A DNA stretch of 64,000 nucleotides from Octopus bimaculoides (Eukaryota): assembly GCF_001194135.2 (NCBI RefSeq), contig NC_068995.1:15036227-15100226 (forward strand), written 5' to 3'. Shown here piece after piece: positions 25,485 to 39,600 of this stretch (position 1 is the first letter of the stretch; each line of letters opens with the position of its first letter). The position numbers were made by a program, and so were the translations under genes. The notes under the pieces are model-generated. The model made no database searches, was not told the origin of the DNA, and saw nothing but the letters and a program-made list of their open reading frames with translations.

Positions 25485-28400
25485 TGTGTGTGTGTGTGTG
25501 CCTAACCTCCAATGATAGTCTAAAAAAATACAGTCACATAATCAAAATCTCAAGGCTACAAGAAAATGCATGATTAATTCAAAACAATGTTAATAAATAA
25601 GCATTACATTTGGCAGAGTAATCTGAATGCTAAAGGGTTAGCGAGGTATATAAAACAGAAATACAATTTTACTTTTTCACCATACTGATGATATTCCCAA
25701 TCGTAGGAAATTGGCCTTCCAATGTAGGCTTGTAATTTCTATTTAGATCACGACCTGACAAGGAACAACGGTAGTTTCCAACAATGACACCATCAGGATT
25801 CAGCATGGGTATGACTTTAAAGACAAACATTTCTCTCAGCAGCTACAATGAAAGATATACGAATGCTTCAATTCATACATACATATATATGCGTGTGTGT
25901 GTGTGTGTTTGTGTGTATATAAGTAAATATGTATGTATGTATACAGTGAATACATATTGGAATAATACAGATTTGAATTGATGTTGCTACCAAATCAATA
26001 ACACCATGTGACTTGCATTGACCAATAGCAGTCCAGCATCCAGATGTCTTCTTGGACTGGTCTCATTTGGTTTTTACAAGACTAATGACAGAAGTTCGTT
26101 TTATGAAACTTTAAGCTGCATGGAGCTGAATCAAACTTATTAAAGTGGTTGGCGTTAGGAAGGGCATCCAGCTGTAGAAACTCTGCCAAATCAGACTGGA
26201 GCCTGGTGTTGCCATCCGGTTTCACCAGTCCTCAGTCAAATCGTCCAACCCATGCTAGCATGGAAAGCGGACGTTAAACGATGATGATGATGATGATGAT
26301 GATATATATATATATCTATGGTCTGATCAATAAATATCCGGACAGTTGACATAGTAATAAAGCTAAAGCATGCAGTGAAGCTGTTTGGCACAGATTGACC
26401 TTAAACTCTGCTGTGCACGCGCACTAAGTTTTAACATTCTAGCTCACTTCTGTTGTTTACAGCAGTGCTCAGAAGCAAGGTGTATAGCGTGTGATCATCA
26501 CATTGGCCATGACAGAGAAAGTTGACAGGAGAATCTGCATCAAATTTTGCCAAAAGCTTGGAGATACCTGCTCAGAGGCTTACACAAAGTTTCCAAAAAG
26601 TTCTCATTGTTCTTGACACAATAAAGGAGATCTTGTGCAACTGAAACCTGGGTGTCTTTTTGGTCAGCTGAAAGTAGTTGTGGCACAAACTAGGCATACA
26701 TGCGTCTCATGCCCAAATCTTCTGTGATAATGGACTGAACTGAACCTTAACTAATCTGCACACCCTCTGATATCTCACAGATGGTGATTCGACGATTTCC
26801 CCTCATAGCTGCACACATATCTGCGATGTTTTTCTGTTTTGCTGGTTGTAGGTCTCCTAGAACGTTCATCAATATCAACATTCTTTTAGCCATCTTGGAA
26901 ACAGCTGAACCACTCGTACACTTGGAGATATGCTGTGCTTGAGAAGATCTGGCAAGCCAAGTGAGACTGTAACTGTGGCCTAGGCCAGTGCAGAATAACT
27001 GGCCCATTTAAGAGTACCCTTCAATCATTGGGCAATAAACTGTGCTTGCAAAGACCTGTTGAGTCAAGAGTAGTCTTTGTCGTAGCTGATGCCAGTACCA
27101 CCTGATTGGCACCCATGCCAGTGGCATTTAAAAAACACCATTTGAGCATAGTCGATGCCAGTACCGGCTGACTGGTCCTGTGCCAGTGGCACATAAAAAG
27201 CACCATTTGAACGTGGTCGTTGCAAGTGCCGCCTGACTGGCTCCCGAGCCGGTGGCATATAAAAAGCACCATTCAAGCGTGGTCAATGCCAGTACCACCT
27301 GACTGGCCCTCGTGCCAGTGGCATGTAAAAAGCACCCACTACACTCTCGGAGTCATTGGCATTAGGAAGGGCATCCAGTCGTAGAAACTCTGCCAGATCA
27401 GATTGGAGCCTGGTGCAACCTTCTGACTTACCAGCCCATGCCAACATGGAAAGCAGACGTTAAATGACAATGATGATGATGATGATGGACATCTACATAT
27501 ATATATATAACACACCTATATACATATATGTGATTTTGCTGTGATTAAGAAGACATGCCAAGCAAAGTGAAATCACAGTTGTGGCCAGTGCCGGTGACAC
27601 AAAAATGACACCCATGCAGTGACATGTAAAAGGCACCCACTACACTCTTGGAGTGGTTAACATTAGGAAGGGCATCTAGCTGTAGAAACCAAGCCAAATC
27701 AGACTGGAGCCTGGTACAGCTCTTTGGCTTACAAGAACCAGTGAAATTGTTTAACCCATGGTAGCATTGAAAATATGTTAAATGATGATGAAAATGATAT
27801 ATATATCCACACACACATGCATAAACATATACCTATACCTCCCATTCTCCTTTGTAAGCTTGTAAACTTACCCACCCACTCACCCTATCCAATCCTTGGT
27901 CTCACTTCACTTATGTATACCTCCCTGTGACCGGAGTGAATCTCCCGGACACATCTTCCCCATCTTTCTCTCTCTCTCTCCTACTGAAGTAGTTAAATAT
28001 TGTTTTGACTGCAAGATGTCAATTTCTGCCCCCTCAACTCATACCCTTTCAGTCTGGTACAAAGTCACCTTCCTCAATACTGCTCCTTCCCTCAGTCCAG
28101 GGGTATTGTCTTGTAAGTTATTTGGTGACCTCTCTGTTGCTGGTGCCACACAATAAGCAACAAGTCCATGCTGTAAAGTGGTTGGCACTAGAAAGGGCAT
28201 CCAGCCATAGAAACCATGCCAGAGCAGATGACAGGGATTGTTGCAGTTTTCTGACTTACCAGCTCCTGTCAAACTGTCCAACCCATGCCAGCATGGAAAA
28301 TGGATATTAAATGACAATGGTGATGATGATGATGATGATGATGATATGGTAGAAAACAGAGAAAAATATATTCAAACTTTAACAAAATGAAATGAAACAG

Positions 28401-28604
28401 ACCTTGCTGGTGCTATTGCCATGTAAAAAATACTCAGTCCACTCTGTAAAGTGGTTAGGGTTAGGAAGGACATCCAGCCATAGGGACCATGGCAAAGTAG
28501 ACAGCGGAACCTGGTGCAGTCCTCAGGCATTGCCAGCTCCTGTCAAGCTGTCCAACCCATGCCAGCATGTAAGATGGATGTTAAATGACGACAATGTTGA
28601 TGAC

Positions 28605-28646
<42 letters not shown>

Positions 28647-30736
28647 AAAGATATTTCGTAAAAATTAAAAAATATATTTTACTTTGGAATACTCTGAATC
28701 CGCTATCAAAACATCTAGAAATCCTTTCATTACCCAACTGGCATTGCTTTCTCCAGGGTGGACACGGCATGTTACAAACACAGCTTTCTTGGTCTAAAAG
28801 AGAAGAGAAAACAACATGGACAAACTGAAATGGTTGACAAAAATTCAGTACATGAAAAAAAAAACAAATAAAATCTAATGCCTGGCAGTTAAACAAATGC
28901 AAATTTCTGTGTGGTTAATTAATTAATCCTTCCTGCTACAGACACAAGCCCTGAAATTTTGGGGGAGGTGGCTAGTCGAGTACATCGGCCCCGGTACTCA
29001 GCTGGTACTTCATTTTATTAACCTTGAAAGAACGAAAGGTAAAGTCAACCTCGGTAGAATTTGAACTTAGATCACAAAGGCAGCTGAAGTGCTGCTAAGT
29101 ATTTTGCCTGGCATGCTAACGATGCTTTGTCATGTGTTATTAATCAATATTGGTTTCAAATTTTGCCACAGGACCAACAATTTCAGAGGAAGGGGTAAGT
29201 CAGTTTACATCGACCCCTAGTGTTTGACTGGTACTTATTTTATTGACCCTGAAAGAATGAAAGGCAAAGTCAACTCCAGAGGCATTTGAACACAGAACAT
29301 AAAAATGGATGAAATGCTGCTAAGCATTCTCCGCAGCATGCTAATGATGTTATTAATTAATATTGTCTCAGAAAAAGAAGCTAGTGAGTTGCTATTTAGT
29401 ACTGTTTGTCACTGTGGAGGTGCAATGGCCCAGTGGTTAGGGCAGTGGACTCGCAGTCGGGTGATCATGGTTTCGATTCCCAGATCAGGCATTGTGAGTG
29501 TTTATTGAGCGAAAACACCTAAGCTCCACGAGGCTCCGGCAGGGGGTGGTGACGACCCCCTGTTGTACTCTTTTGCCCCAACTTTCTCTCACTCTTTCTT
29601 CCTGTTTCTTGAGTAACGCTGCGATGGACTGGTGTCCTGTCCAGCTGGGGGGGGGGGCACACGCCATAGAAACCGGGAAACCGGGCCCACGAGCCTGGCT
29701 AGGCTTTGAAAGGGCGTAAGAAGAACTGTTTGTCACTGATGTCATAAATAACAAGTAGGCTCGTTAAAAAATAATTATTTGTGATAGAATTAGTAAAAGT
29801 AGCAAAAGGCAATCTTAACATGAACTTAATGTGGATGTCTTGTTTGAATGCTAAACATTGTAGTATTACGCCTTGTGTGATCCTTTCATATTGTTGCTTG
29901 GTGCATAAAAACACAGACTTGTAGCAGATGAGAATCATCTGCTATGGGCTGGTATGCAGTCACCAGATGCCTCGCACTGAAGAAGTCCAATAGACTGAAA
30001 TAACGTGACCCGGCAGTTCCAGTGCCTATAACAGGCAATTCTCATCTGCGGCAATATATGTCTATGCTTTAATGCACCATGTGTCCATATGAGAGGACCT
30101 CTCAGTGCCACTACCATAGCATTCAGCATTCTAACAGGACACCCACATTAACCTGGATATAAAGATTGCTACACACACACTCACATGTATGTATGTATTG
30201 TTACAGGATAAACTCACCTGCATCTGAGCTGTATCTGATATTGGATTTGTTATAGTCAAAATATAGATGTTATTTCCTGCTAGAGTTCTGCAGAGGATTC
30301 GTATGTTGAAGAATTTGGATATCTTTGGATTATTGGCACACTTGAACAGGTATTCCTATATCAATAATAATGATGATCATCATGATAATCCGCATGACAA
30401 AAGCAGAAAATAGTAGTATTAGTAGCAGCTGCAGCAGTAGTAGTAGCAGTAATAGTTTCTAGCAAGCATCAGGTCTTAAATTAGTGATGATTATGTAGAA
30501 CTGCAGTATATAACTGGTATTATATTTTATTAACCCTTGAAAGGATGAAAGGTAAAGTTAAATCTCAACAGGAACTGAAATCAGATCAAAGATGTAGAAA
30601 AAACCCCACAAAACTTCTTATCCAACACTTTAACCATTCAGCCAATCCATGACCCACATAATCATCATCATCATCATCATCGTTTAACGTCCGCTTTCCA
30701 TGCTAGCATGGGTTGGACGATTTGACTGAGGACTGG

Positions 30737-30781
<45 letters not shown>

Positions 30782-33700
30782 TACAGATAGATAAATTAAG
30801 GCCAATAGACCAGATATAGTTGTCAAAGAACATGAAGGAAAAAAAATGCTTTCTAATTGATGTATCAATACCAGCAGATGACAACGTTTCTCTAAAAGAA
30901 ATGGAAAAACTTTCAAAATACAAAGACCTGGAAATAGAGGTAACTCAAATGTGGAATCTAAAAACAGAAACAATTCCTATCATAGTAGGTGCCTTAGGTA
31001 TAATAAAAAAATATTCTGACAAATACATAACAAAAACACCAGGACTTACAAATATATATAACATACAGAAAATTGCACTACTGGGCACTGCACACATCCT
31101 ACGCAAACACTTTCAATACAGTAACCATAAGAGCATCACAGCAAACCACAGCACATACCAAAGGCACNNNNNNNNNNAAACTTTCAAAATACAAAGACCT
31201 GGAAATAGAGGTAACTCAAATGTGGAATCTAAAAACAGAAACAATTCCTATCATAGTAGGTGCCTTAGGTATAATAAAAAAATATTCTGACAAATACATA
31301 ACAAAAACACCAGGACTTACAAATATATATAACATACAGAAAATTGCACTACTGGGCACTGCACACATCCTACGCAAACACTTTCAATACAGTAACCATA
31401 AGAGCATCACAGCAAACCACAGCACATACCAAAGGCACACAGAGCTGCGCTCGGTAGTGAAGTGAAAGCACGTTATAAAAATAAAACTACTGAACAATAA
31501 TAATAATAATAATAATCTTTTCTACTAAAAGCACAAGGCCTGAAATTTTGACCCCAATGTTACAAATGTGTCGAAAGAAAAACTGGGCATAAGAAGCAGC
31601 AGATGTCATGTACAAAAGAGAAGAATGTGTGGGTATGGTCATGTGATGCAGATGGATGAGGACAGCTGTATAAAGAAGCGCTGATTGCTGAAATAGACGG
31701 AGCTGTGGAAGAGGGAGATCCAGGGAAATATGGGATGAAGTAGTGAAGATTGACCTCAAAATGATGAGCTTCACACAGATGATGATAAAGGACCGAAATA
31801 AATGGTGATATTCTGTGCTTGAGAAGAACCATTTATCTCAGCAAAAACGAGGGGGCAAGCAAAAGCGAAATCGGGATGGCATCTGTGCCCAGCGTCGCCT
31901 TTCTGGCACTTGTGCCCGTGACATGTGTAAGGATTTTCGAGTGAGATCGTTGCCAGTGCCCCTGGACTGGCTCTTGTGCGGGTGGCACATAAAATACACC
32001 ACTTTGAGCGTGGCTGTTGCCAGTACCGCCTGACTGGCCTTTGTGCGGGTGACACGTAAAAGCACCCACTACACTCTCTGAGTGGTTGGCATTAGGAAGG
32101 GCATCCAGCTGTAGAAACTCTGCCAAATCAGATTGGAGCCATGTGTAGCCATCTGGTTTCACCAGTCCTCAGTCAAATCGTCCAACCCATGCTAGCATGG
32201 GTTGGACGATTTGACTGAGGGCTGGTGAAACCAGATGGCTAGCATGGAAAGCGGACGTTAAATGATGATGATGATGATGATGATGATGAATCCCTCCATC
32301 TGTCTTCGAAATGTGGTACTACTTGTTCCTCAGAAGTCATGTGCAAGAGAGAGAAATGTGTGGGTATGGTCATGTGATGTGGATGGATAAGGACAGCTGT
32401 ATAAAGAAGTGTCGATTGCTAAAATGGATGGAACTGTGGAAGAGAGAAAGATCCAGAAAAACATGGGATGAAGTAGTGAAGATTGACCTCAAAATGACAA
32501 GCCTCGTACAGATGATGACAAAGTACTGAGATGAAGGGTGATGTTCTCCATCTAAACAAAAATGAGGTACTGTTAAGCTTTCCCCCGCAACTCATCTTCT
32601 AATATCCAACCCTCCATCAATCTTCTAAATGTGGTACTTACTTATTCAAGTGCTGTAAATGATGCCATTCATCCTTTTATGCTTCACATTACATCCCTAC
32701 TACTGTCCCTTATCACTTCTTCCTCCACCCTAAACCACTCTTATTTCCTTCATGTTCCCCTCTGCAAACTAATATTCACTGGTTCCACCTTAACCTCCAT
32801 CTCTGATCCTCTGACACATTCTAGCATACTTTCTGACTCACCCAACCTTTCTGTTCCTCTATCTCTAATCTTCCTCTCTTATATTAACCTTGTATTTTGA
32901 GAGTAACCCCTCACACATCTTCTTTCTCTCTTTCCAGCTGTGAAAGCCAAGTATTCACCTCTTCAGCAAAACACCTCTTCCTGTCCCTCTATCATATTTT
33001 CACATTCTCCAATACTATTCCTGATTCAGTTGAAGGGCTCTCGTCTTGCGAGTACCTGGTGACCTCATTAATGCTGGTGGCATGAAAAAAAAAGCACCCA
33101 GTACATTCTGTGAAGTGGCTGGCATTGGGAAGGGTATCCAGCTGTAGAAACTAAGCCAAAGTGTGGATTGGAGATTAGTACAACCTTCTAGCTCATTTGA
33201 TCCTGTCAAACGATCCAACCCATGCCAGCATGGAAAAAGGGATGTTACATGATGATGATGATGATGATGATGACACACTATAATACATAACCATGTACTT
33301 CCTCTATAGCAAGACACCTATTTCTACCTCTCTGTTTCTTTGTCTCACTTTAACCTTTCATCATCTGGCACAAGATCCTCTCCTCCAATGCTCCCTCCCC
33401 TCTCAAAATCCCTTGTCTTGCAAGTTATCTGGTCACCCTGCCAGTGCTGGTGCCACGTAAAAAGCATCCAGTCCACTCTGCAGAGTGGTTGGTGTTAGGA
33501 AGGGCATCCAGTCATAAAAACCCTGTCAAAATAGACACAACAGCCTGGGGTAGTCTTCTACCTGGCCGGCTCCCGTCAAACTGCCCAAGCCATACCTGCA
33601 TGGAAGTCGGATGTTAAACAATGATGATGATGATGATATAATATAATAAAATATAGTATAATGTAATATAATATAGTATAATATAGTATAATATAAAGTA

Positions 33701-34037
33701 ATATAGTATAATATAGAACAATATAATATAACAATATAACATAGCATAATATAATATAAAGAATACTCAATACTGTAGCTACAGTAGTAACACCTGCAGG
33801 TCTGAATATGTGTATGGGTAGCTGTGGGCAAAATAGACAGTGTCATAACTGTATGGAAACTTGAAAGTCCATGTCAAACTATAAGATGATTTTCTTTGCG
33901 AGGTATCTTCAGAACTGTCAATGGAAAAGCAGAAAAATTAATTCTATTAAAGATTTATAATCAATTCTTTAAATGAAGCAGATATATGTTAAATAGAATA
34001 TGAAGAAAAAAGGAAAATTAACCTTTGAAAATTAGAA

Positions 34038-34081
<44 letters not shown>

Positions 34082-36638
34082 TCATTCTTTGAATAATAAT
34101 ATTTTATAAGCTTAAAGCATATAAGTGATCACCATGTATTGACTAAAGAAAATAGTCTAATACTGGAGCATATAAGCCCTCGATGGAAAAAAGTGGGTTT
34201 CCGTACACGTGCCCCAGTATTAGACTATTGTTTTTGGTCAATACACAGTGATTGCTTATAAGCTTTAAGCTTATAAAATATTATTATTTACAGAATTGTC
34301 ACTCATCATCGCTTCTCAAATCATCACAGAAAATGCACGCGCACACACACACACACATATCATTATCATTTAACATCCGTTGTCCATGCTGGCATGGGTT
34401 GGATGGTTTGACCATAGCTGGCAAGCTGAGGGGCTGCACCAGATTTCAGTCTGATTTTGCATGGTTTCTATGGCTGGATGCCCTTCCTAATTCCAACCAC
34501 TCTGAGAGTGAAATGGGTCCTTTTTCATGCTACTGGCTCAGGTGCAAGTTGCGTGACACCAATATCTGCCATGTCTATGATTTCACTTAGCTTGATGGGT
34601 CTTCTTCTCAAGCACAGCATATTGCCAAAGGCCTCAGTCATTTGTCATGAGGCCTCAAAAGCACTCAAAAGGTGCTTTTTATGTGCCACCAGCATGGTTA
34701 TTAGTTCTGCGACAGGTGCTTTTTACATGCCACTGGCACAATTGCTTGTGCCACGACACCAGCACCAGCCACATTGCCTCTGTGAGGCCCAACACTTGAA
34801 AGGTGCTTTTATGTGCCACTGGCATGGGTGCCAGTTAAGTGACACCAACAATAGCAACAATTATGATTTCACTTAGCTTGACAGGTCTTTGCACATATAT
34901 ATATATATGTATACCCTTAGGGGTTAGACTAATGATCGTAAGGTCACGAGTTCAATACCCAGTGGTGCAATGTCTTTGAGCAAGACACTTTATTTCACGT
35001 TGCTCCAGTCCACTCAGCTGGAAAAAATGAGCAGTACTTGTAATTCAAAGGGTCAGCCTTGTTACATTCTGTGTCAAGCTGAATCTCCCTAAGAACCACA
35101 TGAAGGGTATATGTATTTGCATAATTCCACCAAATAGTCTGGACATTAAAATAACCTTTTTAGGTGAATTATACAAAATATTCTATAATTATATACGTAA
35201 TTATAATCAGGGATAAGCTAATTGCTTCGCCACATACCGAAATTAGAAATAGATGCTAATGTCATTTCAACTACCATAAGTATCTCCGAGACAATAACAT
35301 ACTTTTTTATGTAGGCAAAAAGAAAAATGATGAATGCACACGACTAACCAGAGATGGAATGTTTATTCAGACAAAATAAATTATTATTGTTATTTATTCA
35401 GAGAGATCTTGTCCTCCCCTTTTACTTCCATGAACTATGTATGGAATTGTGAAGCACCCAGCAAGTGCTAATCTCATTTTCCTACACACACATACATACA
35501 TATGAGTGAGCATAAAATTATAAGACAAATGATGAGGAATTAGAAAGAATTTTCAACCAAACTTACTTGAGATTGCTTTTATAGTATTTGATGTTATATC
35601 CAATCCTTTGCCAACCAACTGGATGAATGTGATTAACTGCAGACTTTTCACTGTACATCAAAGGCTTCATTCCATAATTATAGAGACTGGTACTCTGCAA
35701 TAAATGTCAGAAATGTAATTGTAAATTTAATTTCCAAACTCCAGTGGTTCAAAAGGCAGCAATCATTTTCTTGTTTACATATTTAGGTATTTTCATAATT
35801 TTTGTCAAGTGGGAAGAAGCAGGAAGATTTGGTTGCTATTTCTAGCAGGTTAAGTGACTTCATAGAAGCTTTCTCATTGACTTCCCTTTTATCTTTTACT
35901 TGTTTCAGTCACTAGACTAATGACCATGCTGGAGCACGCCTTGCAGAATTTTAATCAAATGAATCAACCCCCAGTAATAATTTTAAGCCTAGTATTTATT
36001 CTATTGTTCTCCTTTGCTGACCCACTAAGTTATAGGGAAGTAAACACACCAACACCGATTGTCAAGTAGTGGTGGAGGACAAATACAGACACAAAGCACA
36101 CACACAAATACATACATACATACCTACCTACATACACATATACATACAGATATACGACAAGCTTCTTTCAGTTTCCGTCTACCAAATCTACTCACAAGGC
36201 TCTGGTCAGCCCAAGGCTATAGTAGAAGACACTTGCCCAAGGTGCCACACAGTGGGACTATAGTAGATGACACTTGCCCAAGGTGCCACACAGTGGGACT
36301 GAACCCGGAACCATGTGGTAGGGAAGCAAACTTCTTACCACGCACCCATACCTGAGACTTGTAAGCATAGACTTCCTTGTTGTTTTTTATTTTTTTAATT
36401 TGTTTACAAGATTGTTATTTTGAAATCATGATGATAATGGAGATGATTTTTAAAATCTATCAAAATTATTATTTCAACTTAGCCTTTCATACACCACCTT
36501 CAATGTACTTGTAGAAATAGGTAGTGGTAAACTGTAGTGAATTGAATAAAACAAAAATAACAGCTTGGTGCAGTCCTCATAAACTGCCATTTCCTATTGA
36601 ACCATCCAACCTGTGCCAGCTTGGAGAATGGACATTAA

Positions 36639-36670
<32 letters not shown>

Positions 36671-39600
36671 TATGTTGATGACGATGACAATGATGTGAAT
36701 CGAATTAAACTGAAGTGAATTGAATTAAATTATTGTGAATTGAACAAAGCAAATATTACAACATGGTGCAGTCCTCTAACCTGCCTTCTCCTGTTGAACT
36801 GTCCAACCTGCACCAGCTTGGAAAATGAACATTATCGGATGATGATGGTGATGGTGGTGGTGATGTTGATGATGATGAACTGAACTGAATTAAACTGAAG
36901 TGAATTGAATTAAATTAAACTGTACCAAATTAACTTGCAAGGAACCAAAATTATATTGTAATGAATTGAATTAAATTGCAGTGAATTGAACTGAATTAAA
37001 CTAAACTGAATTAATTAAATTGTGATGAATCAAATGGATTTTGTAGTGAACAGAATTAAATTATGAATTGAATTAAATTGTAGTGAATTGAGAAAAAAAG
37101 ATTATTGCTAATACATCAATACTTTATTAATCAGTCTAATTGGTAAGAATGCTGAGATTATAAGCAGAATGTTCATGGACAATTAGAGGTGCTATACAGT
37201 CACTATTGAAATCTCAATGCAGGTTGGAAACAGGTCTCTCTCTCTCTCTCTCTTTTTATGGTCCATGAGGATATTGTGAATACAAAGTGATTACATATCT
37301 TTTATCTTTTACTTGTTTCAGTCATTAGACTGTGGCCATGCTGGGGCATAGCCTTAAAGAACTTTTAAGTTGAATGTATTGACTCCAACACTTTTTTTTT
37401 TTTAAAGCCTGATACTTATTCTATTGGTCTCTTTTGCTGAACTGCTAAGTCACAAGGATGTAAACACACCAGTACTGATCATCAAGCAGTGATGGTGGTG
37501 GTGGTGGTGGGGTGGGGGACAAACACAGAGACAAAGACACAGGCACACACACATATGTATACATATAGTACAACCCATACCAGCATGGAAAATGGACGTT
37601 AAATGATGATGATATATATACACATATATACAGCAGGTTTCTTTCAGTTTCTGTCAACCAAATCCACCCACAAGGCCTTGGTCAGCCTGAGGCTATAGTA
37701 GAAAACATTTGCCCAAGGTGCCACTCAGTGGAACTGAACCCAGAACCATGTGGGTGGGAAGCAAGCTTTTCACCACACAATTATAACAATATTGGCTAAA
37801 GATCTACAGATATATTCTGAGGTACTATGTACTACGTAGTATATCTATAGTACACTTATGAGCCAGAGGTTAGAGTGTGTTAATAACCAACTTCATGCCA
37901 ATCCTTTGGGCAGCCTTGATGCACTGTAAAATGTCTGAGTGTAGCAGCTATCCCATGGAGCAATACTCTGCTGTGGGTCCCACATGAGCTTTGCAGAGGA
38001 CCAGTAGTTTTACTCTTTCACTTGTTTCAGTCATTTGACTGCAGCCATGCTGGAGCACCGCCTTTAGTCAAGAAAATCGACCCCAGGACTTATTCTTTGG
38101 AAGCCTAGTACTTATTCTATCGGTCTCTTTTTACCGAACCGCTAAGTTACGGGGACTTAAACACACCAGCATCGGTTGTCAAGCGATGGTGGGGGGACAA
38201 ACACAGACATATAAACTCACATACATACATCTATATATATACATATATACGACGGGCTTCCTTCAGTTTCCGTCTACCAAATCCACTCACAAGGCTTTGG
38301 TCGGCCCGAGGCTATAATAGAAGATACTTGCCCAAGGTGCCACGCAGTAGGACTGAACCCGGAACCATGTGGTTGGTAAGCAAGCTACTTACCACATAGC
38401 CACTCCTTTGAAGTGTAAAATTGGCTTTTAACAGGAACCTTAGTTGTTGTGATGCAGTCTTTGCTAATTTAATACTTAAGCATTTAAATCAATCATATCC
38501 GGCCTAAATATTCTAGCTGTTTTATGTTCAAACCAACCATATCCAATCTCTCATACCTACCCGACAATGCCATTCTAAAGATAAACAATAACATCATCAA
38601 AACCTCAAAGCTATGACAAAACATGAATAATTCAAAACAATGTGAATAAATAAGCATTACATTCAACAGAATAATCTGAATGCAAAAGGGTTAAAGATAT
38701 GAATTTAGCAGGAGATATTCTCAGTGATGGCTGGACAGAAAATCAAAAATGACTAATATAACCCCCCCCCCCCCAAACAAATGAAAAAACATCTTTACCT
38801 TCATAAGATTAACTATGGTAAATCTGTATGGCACATTTTTTCTGGTATTGGTCACTTGGAAATAAAACCATTGAGTGTGACTCCTTGTGTACAGGTCACA
38901 ATGAAGATATAGCTCATAGTCATTATCTCCCCTGAAAGAAATCAGTGCACATGAAGTTAACTTTAGTAGGGAAGATAATAATAATAATAACAATAATAAT
39001 AATAATAATAATAAAAATAATAATCAATGTAGTAACTTTGACATATGTTTAGAGGGAAAATAATATATAACAACTCCATCATCATCATCTGCTGTCATTG
39101 TCATCACTGCCATCATCACTATCACCAAAACCTCCATCAATTTCCCAGCAGCAGCAGCTCCACCACCACCACAACCACCATCATAACCATGACTATTACC
39201 ATCATCCTTGTCATTACTACTATCACCACGGTAACAGCCATCCACTACCACAACCACCATCACCAGCACCGTGACTACACTCGCTTCTGCCATCATAACC
39301 AACACCACCTTCAATATCATTGCTACTACGACGACGACCACCACCACCAACACAATATCCACCTCAGTCAACAGCACTAGTTGTTGATGCTACTGTTACA
39401 TATTACCAGCGCTAATGGTAACATGTAATCCAGCACAACTTTTTTTCTTTTTTTACATGGTTAAGTAATCAATTGACTAAACCTGGCAATCCCACCACAA
39501 AGTTAACCTAGTGAGATGGTTGCTGGAAACCCCATGAGGATAGAAACAAAATCTGTCAAAAAGACGTCTGGATCCAGCATAGAGTCAACTATTTAGAAAC

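Noticed and set aside
24446-25573. Long ORFs of 320-375 aa, and 7770-8133
   Set aside because: Artefacts of reading through N gaps and microsatellites.
30907-31438. 261-bp tandem duplication as a biological event
   Set aside because: Identical copies on either side of a 10-N gap, typical of an unmerged contig overlap.
39024-39380. His/Thr-rich and Val-rich ORFs
   Set aside because: Produced by a degenerate CAT/CAC triplet tract; no gene context.
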